From Epiperipatus broadwayi (lineage: Eukaryota > Animalia > Onychophora): 64,000 bases of DNA. A program made the translations under genes and the position numbers. Below the pieces are notes generated by a model. That model saw nothing but the letters and a program-made list of their open reading frames with translations. It ran no database searches and was not told the DNA's origin. Of the stretch, positions 50,611 to 63,779 are shown piece by piece (position 1 is the stretch's first letter; every line of letters begins with the position of its first letter). Location of the stretch: the NCBI GenBank assembly GCA_028023455.1, contig JAQFVV010000011.1:1-64000 (forward strand), in the 5' to 3' direction.

Positions 50611-52969
50611 ATGTAATGGCTTCATTTGGATCAAAAAACAGTTTGTATTCTGCTGCATAAAAATAACATTTGAACCAAAATCAAAAGTATATTAAGGGTT
50701 CCTCCATAAAGAAAACTTCAAGTTATTGAAAGATATCAGAGAATATTTGCCTCTCATTCATTGTTTATTAGTGATGCACACAGATTCAATAATATTTAAA
50801 TCAATTTATTGAGGAATCATGACATAATGAAATATTTTTATCATATTCCTTAAACTAATATCTGATAGCATAAATTGTTGAAGTTATATTATCGAAGATG
50901 ATGGTGCTATCTGAAATAGTGATGATATCATGGGATGAACATAGTTATTCTAAATCTTCAAACTGTTTGCAGCTGTGTGATATATTCAATATAGAATAAT
51001 AATTTGATCAAGATAATACCATATCACACTGTGACATCAAATCTAATATATTTCTTACAAAAATATTGTTTTGTCCATATCTAGGATTCAAGCATTGGCC
51101 AGAAAAACTTTTAATATTTTTTCATGGTCATTAGTAGATGCAAAATTTTTCTTTCAGGTATCCAGGCCGTTCTATCAAGTATTAATTAGTAAATGGATAT
51201 CTAACTATTATTAACTAAATGAAAATCTTGCCAAGTTAATTTGTGTGGTGAGATTAGTGCTAATATACTGATTGTAAAAACAAAAATATAATACTGTAAT
51301 ATGATGAAGCTTTCACTACCAGAAAGGAGATGCCGTGGGTATTCAGCTGATAGTTGAATTTTATATTTTAGTCATGTTATTGTTATTTCATAAACATCGT
51401 AATACCTTCATCTGATCAACTCTGGGGGGGGGTCCTGATCTCATTTTATATTTTAACCCAGTTATGACCATAGCATGATATTGAATTACTTTTCACTATT
51501 TCACAAGGCTTTCTTAATATCAACAAATTAAAAATCCTTCTCCTTTTTCTTTTCAAAAACTTTATTTTCTTATCTCAATACTGAACATATATATAAATAT
51601 TTATATAATACAAAACATATGATTAAGTTTCAGTTGGAATGACGCTTAGTAAATTCTAGAAAATTTCATCGGCATCATTCATTCAGACATTGTATATAGT
51701 AATTTAAAGTGACTGTTATATTGTCACACCTTCTGTGCCAGTACTTCAGATTTGCTCATATATAAATATTTGAGTCGTAGGAATAAGAGGATTCTTTTTA
51801 TTCCTGCATAAATTCTATATCTTGTATTGGTCAGAGGGTATTCATTTATTATTTAACACTCGCAAAGCGTTTGCACAATTGGCTTGAAAGGCCGATATGA
51901 ATGTAATTACAAATTGTATACAGACGCTATAAAAATAAATGCTTATTTAAACATAGTTATTGTAAATTGTCAAATTAAAAATAAAATTGATAGTTATACC
52001 TAAAATTATAAAGACATACTTTAAAGTCATGGAAAATCATGGTAATTTAATGTATTGAGATATTTTTTGCCATTGCACATACTAGATAAAATTGTAATAT
52101 ATCACATGATCATCATTTCTTAAAACCATAGCAACTCTTTTCTTACAATACTGCCATCTAGTACAATCTATAGAAATTAATGGATGACTTGCATTAGTTG
52201 GTATTAATATACATAGAGAATTGTTAATTTAGACAAAATTTGTCTTTTTATGGTTTTTATGTTTGGTATTAGCATTCTTTAAATAGTCTCCATTTTATTA
52301 TTAATAATAATATCACTGCTGTTTATTGCAAACTATGCTGTTAACTTTGGCTTTATCATTTATTAAATAATCTCTACTTTATTAATAATAGAATTGCTGC
52401 CATCTTTCTCTGCATTTTGATTAAATATTAAAATTGTTGAAAAACAAAATATCAGTTCCTTTTAACCACACATTGAATTTTCAGTCATAATTTAAAATTG
52501 TTTTTTTTTTTTTTAAATTATCTTTGGGGAAAAATTTAAAATGCTGAAGATAACAATCAATCATTTGCACATAGAAAAAAAAAAATCGAAATATTTTCTT
52601 ACAAATGGTTGTTATTAATTTATGATTAATATTCCGAATTCAAATTTAGTTTATCAATAATTAACATATTAATTTAGAGTTCAAATTATGTTAGTATGAT
52701 ATGCAAGTTATTGCTATTTCTTATGAACCTACTATATTTACTAATATATCGATACATTTGCATTAGGAAGTGTAATTCATTCGATTCACCCTACTTCAGG
52801 GCCATCTATTGCAGACTTGAATCAATAGACTTCAGATCATAGTGTTAAGTACAAATTCCAAAATTAGTTTCTGACTTACTGGCTTTCATCAATTAGGAAC
52901 ATTGGATTTGTTTTTACATATGCTAATAATATTCTAAGGTTTCCAACACAACTTCCTTTTGTCCAATAG

Positions 52970-53056
52970 ATAGATTTGAAGTAGAGAAACGAAGAGAATT
53001 ACTGCTTTTAAAGCAGACGTTGTATTTAGAGACAAAGTCACGTGATACTTTACTGG
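52970..53056 (+). CDS. Candidate coding exon, unidentified gene
   Basis: cttccttttgtccaatag|AT AGA TTT...TTA CTG G|gtaata encodes (D)RFEVEKRRELLLLKQTLYLETKSRDTLL(G). 87 bp, phase 1/1. Confidence 0.5.
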
Positions 53057-53353
53057 GTAATATTCTGACAATATTTATAAATATGTCGTAATAAGGAAAT
53101 AATAATGTCTTGTAATTTTGGCCTCATTTTTTACTAAATTGGTGCGGTAATTAAGGATTTAAATATAAATACTGAATACTTTCATTGTATATGCGTTAAG
53201 CAGTATTTAATGCATATATATATGGGTATATGTGTTTAACACGCCCGACATACTGGTACAGAACATATAGAAATCTTTACTGTAATAATGAAACACTTAT
53301 ATAAAGGTTTTGAACAATCATTGTTGAATTCAATAAGTAAACATTATTTAAAG

Positions 53354-53439
53354 GTCTACCAGGTCGGAAAACAGTATATTTACAGCATTTAATGTTTGAA
53401 TGTTCAACCCGTTGTTTAAATGATGCTTCATCTTTATAA
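53354..53439 (+). CDS. Candidate coding exon, unidentified gene
   Basis: tatttaaag|GT CTA CCA GGT... encodes (G)LPGRKTVYLQHLMFECSTRCLNDASSL*, in phase with 52970-53056. An internal donor cannot be excluded. Confidence 0.4.
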
Positions 53440-53818
53440 ATTGTGTGTTTGTTAATTAAAAGATTAAATATTTTGTGCTATGTAGATATTTATTTTGAAA
53501 ATGTTTTCAAGAATTGTCTCAATAAATACCGCATATGTTATAAAGTAATAGGTATATTTTATTGCGAACTTTTTAAAGATATATATTACGATAGAATGAC
53601 CATGTGGTTGTTCGAAGGTATTCATTTATTAATAACATTCACACAGCGTCTGCGCAATTAGCTTAACAGGCTGTCATTCCTATCGTAATTATAATCGCAC
53701 GCAAGACGTTATCAAATAAATGCTTATTCAAAGATATATATTGAAATTTTAAAAACTACACTAGTAAAACATAACTTTATCTTATCGCTATTTAAATGCG
53801 TTTTGTTTTGAAGTTGTT

Positions 53819-53917
53819 GTTTTTTTCTCATATGTCATAGCATCGGCCGGGACGCGAACCCACATCCGTCTGCAACCAACTACTTGCTTGCAAGGCGGGT
53901 GCGATGACCTCTCAGCT
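53819..53917 (-). mobile_element. tRNA-derived SINE (long variable-arm subfamily)
   Basis: Reverse strand GCTGAGAGGTCATCGCACCCGCCTTGCAAGCAAGTAGTTGGTTGCAGACGGATGTGGGTTCGCGTCCCGGCCGATGCTATGACATATGAG plus an A tail. Confidence 0.85.
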
Positions 53918-54824
53918 TGAAGTTTTTATTCCCATAATATCCTTTTTTCCCCAGGATCAAACTTTACATTAAAAAAAAAAAAAAAAGTTATAATATATAT
54001 GTATGTATCACATAGGTATGTGTCAGAAAATTGGAACGCTGTTTTTATTTACTTTAAAAAACTTTATTATAACTAAAACAAAAATTTTCATTAGTTTTTT
54101 TTTTTTTAACTAAATGACTTATTTTCTAGTATGTACTGGACTTTCTTTTTTTGGGGGCACCTGCTAATCTCTTTCCTATGATTTCTTTACCACGTGTGCT
54201 TTTGCAAACCACATGTTGTTATCTGCTTATAAAATCTTTCTGATATCTCACAAGGAAATAAGGATTGACAAGTTCCAAAGGCACCGACCAATCATTTCTT
54301 ACATTAGTAGCTGATTTGCTATCAGAACACCTTCGAAACATTGGTATTAAATTCCAAATGGACTGAATAGAAATAGAATCGTTATTGGTTGAATTTTTTA
54401 AAAATCACGAATACATTTCTATTATTTTACTTATATATATATATTATTATTATTGTATTATCTCTTGTACAATTTTAAAAGCGGTTTAATATTACACAGA
54501 AAAACTTAATACTGTTTCAATATTGATTTTTAAATTTTAATTATGTCAAGAAATATTTCAATATTATTTCATGCAATGATATATTACCATCAACGATTAT
54601 CAAGAGTTATTTGGTTACAGTATCTATTGTTAATCATCCAATCGGAGGCATTTGAATTACGAATTTATTTAAATAAGTCATTATTTGTAAAGACGTAGCG
54701 TAAACATTAATTACATCACTAGTAATGCTTACTATTAAAATAATATATATATAATGTTTATTAAAAATGGGTGGTGGTAATGTATGCAAATGTAAACAGT
54801 TTTCTATTAAATATTCCGTTTCAG

Positions 54825-54918
54825 AGCAAAAAATTCTCTAATAGATTCTTCTACAACAACAGTGGAAAGAAAGGCGCTACTGTCCGCGTTTGATAATTGT
54901 CTAGCGATGAGGATTTGA
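54825..54918 (+). CDS. Candidate terminal coding exon, unidentified gene
   Basis: atattccgtttcag|A GCA AAA... encodes AKNSLIDSSTTTVERKALLSAFDNCLAMRI*. Confidence 0.35.
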
Positions 54919-55258
54919 ATGTTTTTTCCATTGTTTTATTTTCTAGATTTAAAAGTATCTAGATAATCATTTACCTACCAATATTGGATGGGCCTAACTA
55001 CATGAGAGAGAAATCTTAAGCGTCTCGAAAAGAATTTCACTCAACCTGACTTTGAAATCTAGATTATTGGTATGATAATATATGTATATACATAAATAGA
55101 GGACAGTGAAAAATGAAACAGAAACATCTTGAAGAATTAAAAAAGAGGAAAAACCATTGTCAGTTCCTCAACATTGTGAAAATTACATCATATCCTAGGA
55201 TTAATATTTATATTCCAGTTGGGATGATCATTTACCAGTCAATATTTGACAATTGGCT

Positions 55259-55368
55259 GCGTTCTTAGCCGAGAGGTCATCGCAGCCGCCTTACAAGCAA
55301 GTAGTTGGTTGCAGACGGTTGTGGGTTCGCGTCCTGGCCGATGCTATGACATATGAGGGAAAAAAAAA
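55259..55368 (+). mobile_element. tRNA-derived SINE, near-identical inverted partner of 53819-53917
   Basis: GCGTTCTTAGCCGAGAGGTCATCGCAGCCGCCTTACAAGCAAGTAGTTGGTTGCAGACGGTTGTGGGTTCGCGTCCTGGCCGATGCTATGACATATGAG plus an A tail. Confidence 0.85.
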
Positions 55369-55924
55369 TTGGCTGCAGACAGACTTATTGATAAGCTAAT
55401 TTGAAAAATTCTCAGCTCTCTGAATGAATTTTTGACTTCTGTCTGAATGTGCATCTCAAATAATGAATAGCAAATAAATATAATAATCACAACACCATGA
55501 GGGCTGCAAAAGAAGATGAGGGATGAGAAAATAACAAACAAATATATTTAATAATCCTAAATTAAAAAAGAGAAAGAGGATTATGTTTATTGAAAATAAA
55601 ATCATGTAGGATGAAAAACACTTTAGATTCCTTACTGAATAAACTGCTTATATATAATATCTAAATAAATTTGTAATGCAGTATGGAATAATAAAGCATT
55701 GAAAGAATATGCAGTGTTAGTGACATCAAATGGACACTTAATAATTTGTTAACACAGAAAATTGAATCTTTGGGGAAGATTTGTGCATCATAAGGATGCA
55801 AAGATCTTCATTATTTATGATGTAGCTCAAATTTGACAATGATCGAATAATAATGTTGAATCATAGTAATCAATTACCCAATTACTTCAAGCTGCATGTA
55901 GGTAGATAATTTAATATCTCCTTG

Positions 55925-56420
55925 TCATTAATCATCATTGTCAATCATTATCAATCCACTGCAGGATGAAAAACTCTTCAAGATTAATTCATCTCTGATC
56001 TTTAGACTCTTTTCTCCACATCACCCTTGCACACTTTCTTATTTCATCCACCCATCTTACATGTGGTCTCTTTCTGAGTTTTTTACAATCTCTTGGAATT
56101 TGGTTTAAGATTTTAATTGTCCAATTATTATCATCTAACAATATGTTCATCACAACTCAACTTCAGTTTTTTAATTCTTTCAACAATATCAGCAACACCT
56201 GTTTGTTCTCTTACCCATGTATTATGTTTTCATTCTCTTCTTGTTATTCCTAACATGCATCTCTCCATACTTCTTTGAGTGATCTGAAGTTTCTGTATTG
56301 CTCTTCTATTAAGTGGCCAAGTCTTAGAGCCATAAGTAAGAACTGGTAAAACACATTTATTAAAAATGTTCCTTTTCAAACATATTTCCTTTTTAAATTA
56401 AGTTATATCTACCAAAAGCA
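55925..56420 (-). mobile_element. RTE-clade LINE 3' fragment
   Basis: Reverse complement of 14200-14690 with more substitutions. Confidence 0.88.
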
Positions 56421-57272
56421 TTGCCATTAATAATCTCTCATAAATGAGTAAGATAATCCTAATTCCAGAAAAAAAAAGACAGAAGACTAAAAATAGTTAG
56501 ATATTTGGTTATGATTACACAACCCAATTAATGTACCCATATGTTTTGAAATGCTGTTTTTTAAGATTTTTTTTGTTATTGTAATAAAAAAAAAAATATT
56601 TTTGAACACTTTCAAAAACTTTTCTAAATATGTTTCTTCATTGTATTTTATTCTTTCATTGTATTTTATTCCAAACCATATCATCTCAATAAATGCAATC
56701 AGTATTGTGCTTTTTGAATTGTCTTCAAAATAATCTTTCTAACAAAAAAAAAAAACCAACTCTCTTTTTTTCTAAAAGCTATATGGAAGTTTTTCATAAA
56801 ATAATTTTTAAAATGTCTTTTAGTCTTCATCTGCTCCACTGATTCATTCCAACAAAGATGGGTCTTTAGAACTGTACATTCCACATTATCCTATTCAACA
56901 GATTATAGAATATTTTGATTGGTCTTATGATATATCCATCCTATTTTCATAATATTACATGCATCCTTAAATGGAAATTTTCTATTCAATTTTAATTTTT
57001 AAAATTAAAATCGGACACTAAAAGTCAATAGCTAAAGTAAATGACTGTCTCCATAGGCATAAAAAAAAAAGATAATTTCTAATTCATTTGTGTAAATCCA
57101 CGATCACAATATTTATAGTTACAATATCACTTCATTTCTCAAAATTTTAATATTTTCTTATTGTATAACTTTGTGTGTCAAGAACATCTATATATATATA
57201 CACACAGAGATGAAATTTTTAAAATCACATGATTACCATTTCATATGTTTACACATGCTATTAATAAGAGTA

Positions 57273-57575
57273 CCAAACTTTCCATACAGTAGTGCCACCA
57301 AGTACAGGCCTTCATAATCAATAGATGTGGGAAGGTTTGTGCATAAAATCCCTATTTAGTGCATACACATTCAGCATCCCCAGATTAGTTTCTAGATTGT
57401 GGTTTTCATCAGTGAGGGCAATCCAAGGCTCCTCACTGATAATAGCCTCTAGCTAGAAACTAGTCTGGGGATGTTGGATGATTAGGCACTGGATAAGGAT
57501 TTTATGCACAAACATTCTTACGTCCATTGATAATGAAGGTTTGTACTTGGTGGCACTACTGTATGGAGAGTTTGG
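57273..57575. mobile_element. Family HH-A complete fold-back (303 bp) with a hammerhead on each strand
   Basis: Arms of ~145 bp. Plus strand: TCCTCA CTGATAA TAGC CTCTA GCTA GAAAC TAGTC TGGGGA (57430-57471). Minus strand: CCCTCA CTGATGA AAACCACAATCTA GAAAC TAATC TGGGGA (57418-57376). Confidence 0.9.
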
Positions 57576-58036
57576 AACTTACATTAAATTTTAGAAGTAC
57601 TATTATTTTATTAATTGCTACTTTAATAGATTTCCAGTTTTAATTTAGTATATATGTAAGTAAATAATTAAATATTGCCAAACACTATATTAGTAATAAA
57701 AAACAAAATAGAAAATCATATAATATTGAATTCTAGCAATATAAATTTATACGAAAATTCTTTCATGGCCATGGCTTTGTCTATTAGCAAAAAGATTTTC
57801 TCAAGTAAAAGTCAACTACACACACATATATATATATATAAGCTAAAAATGTCTGCAGGTTTAAGTGACCATAACTATTGTAATATATTTAATAAACCAA
57901 ATTTGTATAAAATAGCCAGGTTTCACAACAATGATTATTAGATCTTAGGTCATAGAATACTTCTGATACTAGTTTTCACAGCTTCATAACATTCCTATTC
58001 TAATTTGCATTCAGTTCATTCACAAGCTAAGCAGAA

Positions 58037-58138
58037 ATATCATCATCATCATCATCATCAACCATTATCAATCCACTGCAGGATGAAGGTCTCTCCAAGT
58101 TTAATCCATCTTCTCCGATCTTTAGCTTCTCTTTTCCA
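58037..58138 (-). mobile_element. RTE 3' tip with (GAT)n tail
   Basis: Almost identical to the reverse complement of 14590-14690. Confidence 0.9.
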
Positions 58139-58629
58139 CAAGCTTTTCATAATTCATTTCAAAAACTACCCATTTTTAATATCAAAGGAGGTTTTCATGG
58201 GTGATGACCTCATATTTAAGAAAAATTTATCATCAGAGCTTTTTTAACTCTTCATTTTAATTCATTTTTTTTCACAAAGGATAACCTCTGCATTGTCAAA
58301 GAATATTTTATGGTGTGTATTCAGGTCAAAAATATACAAAGCCAAGTTATGATACATATTTTTAACTCTACTCTTATGAATTTTAACTCTTTCATTAAGA
58401 CATAATTTACTTTGACCTATATAAATTTTGTAACGACAATTGCAAGGAATCTTATAAATTATTCCAGGAATACATTTACCATGAATACACTGTTTTGAAC
58501 TATTTAATAGTGAATTTAAATTGGGGTCTTCCTCCGGAGCAATTTTCATCACCCAAAAAATAATTATTCTTATAAACCAATCTATAAATTGAAAACTTAA
58601 ATAAGGAATTGGGAAACATTTTTGAGTCA

Positions 58630-59300
58630 GAAAGCTTTTTTTAAAAAAAAAACAACAAAGAATCTTTATTCAATGCTAAATCTTACAGTGAAATAACATA
58701 GTAGTTAATATACAAACTATATTTATTATTTAACACCCCCCCCCAAAGCATCCTTGGCAGCCAATAGGCATTGTTTGGTGTGCAATATAGAATAAATATT
58801 TCCTCAAAAAAAAGTTCAGGATCGAACCAACCTTTTGAGCATATTGTTAATTAAGTTCACAGTGTTTTTTTCCATTGGGTTAAATATGGTCTTACATTCT
58901 GATGGACCATAAAATATACAACAGGAAAAGTGACATCCTGATAGAGGAGAAATATCCACTTTTAATGCAATCCAATAAGGAGAGAAGAGAAGGTTTTGAT
59001 TGTTTTGTATTGGATAATGCTTCAATTCTATGTGTATTGAGTACCTGACAATGGGAAAAAACATGAGGAATGGTTTCTTCTTTTCTCAGACAAAATTGAC
59101 CTATAGGATCAATTTTGGTAATCCCTCTTTTAAATGATAGAAAAAAATTGGTTAGTAAAACTTCCAGATTGATTTTCAAAACAAAGTCTAAGTATTTGGG
59201 CTCTAAGGTCTATAGTTTAAATTTCCTTATTATTACTCTATTTTTCACACCCAAGAGGGTTGACTAAAAAAAACATAGAAAAATTAAAATTTAGCTAGCT
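58630..59300 (-). mobile_element. L1/Tx1-like LINE 3' fragment inserted into the PLE
   Basis: RGITKIDPIGQFCLRKEETIPHVFSHC (zf-RVT-like) and LYILWSIRM, with AATAAA at ~58670 followed by T/A runs. Confidence 0.65.
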
Positions 59301-60712
59301 ACAACTTGAAATCAATTTCATTCATTATTTATAAATTTAATAATTCTAAGTATGCATATACAAGATTTAAACAACTCTTAAGCTTGCATATAATATTTTT
59401 AAGGATGTAACAAATATATATATATTTGCAAATTTTACTTTTAATTAGATTTTTTTTTCTCTAAATTTCTATTAAATACAATAAATTTGCATTATAAAAT
59501 TTATCAATGAAAAAAATCATTTATATAAACAAGAAGATACAATGTTAATATTCAAATTTACTAATGTGACTTTTGAATGATTATGTTTTCAGCCAACTTG
59601 TTTAAATTTGGAGTTTATTTCATGCACTTTAATAATAACAAAGCCTTCAGACTTGAATTAATTAATCTACTCCTGTGTTTACTTTTTACACAATTCATTG
59701 AAGGAAACAATGCATGATATGCTATTTTATATTTAAACCACTCAAATCATCATAACAATTTATACTCATTTGTATTAATTAAATTCTAATAAAATTAATA
59801 TGATTTGTTACAGATTATATATTAGTATACATAATAAAATAAATACCACTTTATAATATATTAGTTTTTTAATAAGATATATATATTTATCAAAATAATG
59901 CAAATTTTTTTTCACTAAAGAGCTACATGTGACTCCAGAACCACCATTTCCTGATCCCTGACTTAAATGGTAAAGAAATAAACTCTCTTTCTCAGTAATA
60001 TTAGCATTTTTATTGATATCAAGTTTGTATATATTGTTATTCAATAAAATATTTTTAATAAATTCATGATTTAACTCAATTCTACATAATCAGAAGCAAA
60101 TTGACATCTTTGAATATTTCAAAATTATTGAACCTTTTTTCCTATAACAAAATTTAATAAAGAAACCTTCTTATGAGTAAAATGTTGATAATTCTCATGC
60201 CTTATCATATTTCTTAATTTTTTCTGTTTAATAAAATGACTGCAAAATAAAATATTATTAATCTTACTAACATCTAAATCTAAATTTCTTACTATAACAG
60301 AATCAAAAATATCCCTCTCAATATTAAATTAATAGTAAACCCAAAACCATTTAATCGATCAAAAAATTATTCAATTTATCTTTCTGAATAACAATACACA
60401 ATCATCAACATATCTAAACAAATAATTTCAAAGAAACAGAAAAATGATTAATAATACTACTCTCTAAGCTATCAATATTATAAACAGAGCACATTAAAAG
60501 AGAAATAACATATCCAATAATTATACCTCTTCATTTTATAAAATACATCATTACACATAAAATACAGTGAGTGCTCTAATAATAAAAGTTAATCCTAAAT
60601 AATTTTAATCATATCAGCAGAAAAATATTCATGTTTCCATATTAGCAGAAAATAGATTAATACTTTTTAATCTATAACATATTTTCAATATTCAAATTTG
60701 CATACATTGGTA

Positions 60713-60930
60713 TGTTTGTGTAATGAAGTGGTTTCTTTTTTCTTTACAATCTAAAGCTGAATGCACTTTTGGTAAAGTTTGCCATAATCATACTACATAA
60801 TGAAGTGTATTTTTTTCTTTATAATCTAAAGTTGAGTGCACTTTTGGTAAAGTTCACCATAATCATACTGCATAATAAAGTGGTTTTTTTTCTTTATAAT
60901 ATAAAGCTGAGTGCACTTTTGGTGAAATTT
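60713..60930. repeat. ~76-bp tandem triplication inside the PLE RT
   Basis: Units start at 60721, 60798 and 60873 (taatgaagtg...ctaaagctgagtgcacttttggtaaagt). Confidence 0.9.
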
Positions 60931-63779
60931 AAACTACCAAATACACAACTATCCTCTAAAACAAAATCATTTATTTTATTAAATGTCTCAAAAAAAGTTG
61001 AGACACACACAAAAATCCAAAATTAATATGTTTTTGAAATTTCAAAATTTTATAAACAATCTGTCCTATAAAATCAAAATTCACTTTAAAGAATTATGAG
61101 AATTAAAATTCAAGAAAACTTTAGAAGTCATAAAATCATTAGGATAACATAAATAAGTAGCTCTATCTTTTTTTTTAATTTTCTATAACTTTCATATTAC
61201 CAATCAATTCAGACATTATTTTCTTTCCAGGATCATAATTCAAAATTGTATATTTTCCATTATTTAACACTAATGAAGCTTTATCTTCACAATCACTATT
61301 ATCCAATAATGTAAACTGGTTTTTGAATAGGATAACATCATTGGCCTTCAATGTTTTATGTTATTTTTCTAGTATCTAATGCTATATGATTTTCTATTTT
61401 ATGGGAAAAAAATTGATACTTGCATTCAAATAGAATCATTTTGTTTGTAATTATTTAACCATGTGCATGTATTTAATGTGGTGACACATTTTTTTTCAAT
61501 TGAAATCACCTGTTGTCAATTTACAATTTAAAATAACACGAAACCATGCAGAATATGCATAGATAAATTCCATCATTCAACTCATCTTTCATTGTTTTTT
61601 TAGAAAAGACAAGTTTCAATTTTGTAAGATAAAAAATTGTCATTTTCTAATGATTTTTCCAATTGACGCATTTTGCATTTTTTTATTTTTTGTCACTATC
61701 CTTGTTTTTGCAGTTTAGTGGGTTTACCAGTAAATTTATAGCTATACTCAAGTAGTGACAGTGATTTCCCCATATGAGGGTCAGGGGCTATCCCTTGGTT
61801 TAGTTTTCTGTTGAATTTACCATATGGTATTTTTTTCCTGTTCAGATTGGAATGAGTTTTTACCATGGCACATCAGATTTCATTGAGTAATTTTACAAAG
61901 TCTCCAAGATTTAAAATTTTAATCACTCATAAATATTTAATTTTTTAAAATTATTATTTGATAAAAAAAGTAAAATCATTTTTTATACTAACAACTATAC
62001 TACTAAAGAAAAAAAAATCTGATTGAGCAAATTTATACTGTGAATTAATAATTATATTTATAAAGCGCATACTCGTTACTTAACGTAATATTTATTAAGG
62101 CTAAAACCTTAAGAATATGCACCTGAAAAATGACAGTAGGGACCTCTGCAAATCTTTAACGCAAGATTTATTTTCTGCTGGGTCACTTGGGTATAAACTA
62201 AAGAATTTTGGAATTTTAACAAGAAATTAAGACATTTTTATTTTTCAGATATTCCGGACTTTTCATATTTTAATGACAATAAAAATGCCTAATATTAAAA
62301 GTAAAAATTATATAAATATATAATCATATCAGAGAACATTCGTATTCCAATATATTATTCAGAGTTATTTGTAAGCAGATGCATAACAAATCATTTTAAT
62401 CCAGTTAGCAATGACCATTCATTCATTCTGATATCTGATAAAGCTAAATATTAGCTGTGATTTTAGTTCACAAATTAATCAACCCAGCTTAACATTTCAT
62501 ATATATATAATTAAAAAATCATATAACATTAAATGCTCCCTAAAAGCAAATCCTAAAATTTTCTCATGACCATGTTTTTGTCTATTAACAAATAGACTTT
62601 GTCAAGTGAAAAATCAATTAGATGCAAAACATGCATATATAAAACATCAATAAGCTTATAATAAATCATTTCATAAGTTTTAATGAGATTGATGGCCATT
62701 ATTTCTGTTCTATATATATATTTGCATGTGTATTTTCTATCTAGTTGATTTTCACTTGAGAAGGTCTATTTGTTAATAGATGAAACCATGATCATGAGAG
62801 AAATTTTTTTGGATAAATTTGTTTTTCATTAATTTTTAATGTTATATAATTTTTATTTTATTTATTAATCATACAAACATTTCTTATGCTTACATAATCT
62901 TTTAAAACAGTACCATATTAGCTGTACATTTTGGATAGTTATAGAGATATTTTTTTATGAATTAGCACACCAACATGGAGGTTGATGTATAAGTACGAAA
63001 CCCAGATATCAAAAGTCCAAGTTAAAGTTCATTTTTGTTCGACAGGTTAAAGTAAAGAAGGGGAAGATTTTTTAAAAAGTATAAGTTCATTTTTGAATGC
63101 ATTTAGAAAAGTAATTATTGATTGCATAAATATAATTATTAAAAAAAAAAATTGACAAATTATTGCTAATAGTGAGAGAAAAAAGTATATATGTACATCA
63201 CAATGCATAATAAAAATTATTTCCTTTAATAATTAAAATTTAATATTAGCAGTATATAAATAAATGAAAATAAACATATATGTAACATCCCCTAATATAA
63301 ATATATATAAGATCATTTTTCTTTTTAATTAAATACTATAGAAAGTTAAAATTAGGCAATAAAGCAATATCACCAAAGATATAACGTGGATGGCAAATGA
63401 AGGACTTTAAACTTTGAATAAATACTATGATGGAAAGTTAGACAGCACATATAATTTGGATATAGAGAGAAGTGAAAACAATCTAAGAAAGAAAATAGAG
63501 CAAGCATGTGTGTGATGATCAAAGATAAATAAATAGTAATATAGAATTATTATTGAAAGCAGAAATCTGAGCTTAATTTTATAGAATAAACAAGTTTTTT
63601 TTTATTGTTGAGTATTTTCTGGTATTGTCTAATATGGAAGCTGAGGAGTAAAGTCATAATTTAATATCTGAGGAGGTGATCTGAGAGAAGGATAGTCCCA
63701 TTACTTTTAAAAATCTCCCAAGTATTAAAAGAACAGACAACCCACAGAAGTACAAATGCTGATGAATATAATAATAGGA

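Larger units (their letters stand above)
58150..61330 (-). mobile_element. Decayed Penelope-like element (RT followed by C-terminal GIY-YIG), interrupted by insertions
   Basis: RT N-terminal LLDNSDCEDKA..VLNNGKYTILNYDP (~61290-61220), VFGSLNF (~60945), FRYVDDCVL (60418-60392), and IKNILLNN. Endonuclease PGIIYKIPCNCRYKIYIGQS...RVKIH in ORF 58552-58262. Confidence 0.85.

Noticed and set aside
60713-60930. CRISPR-like reading of the regular repeats (also 16441-16830)
   Set aside because: The units are contiguous tandem copies with no unique spacers, there are no cas genes, and the context is eukaryotic.
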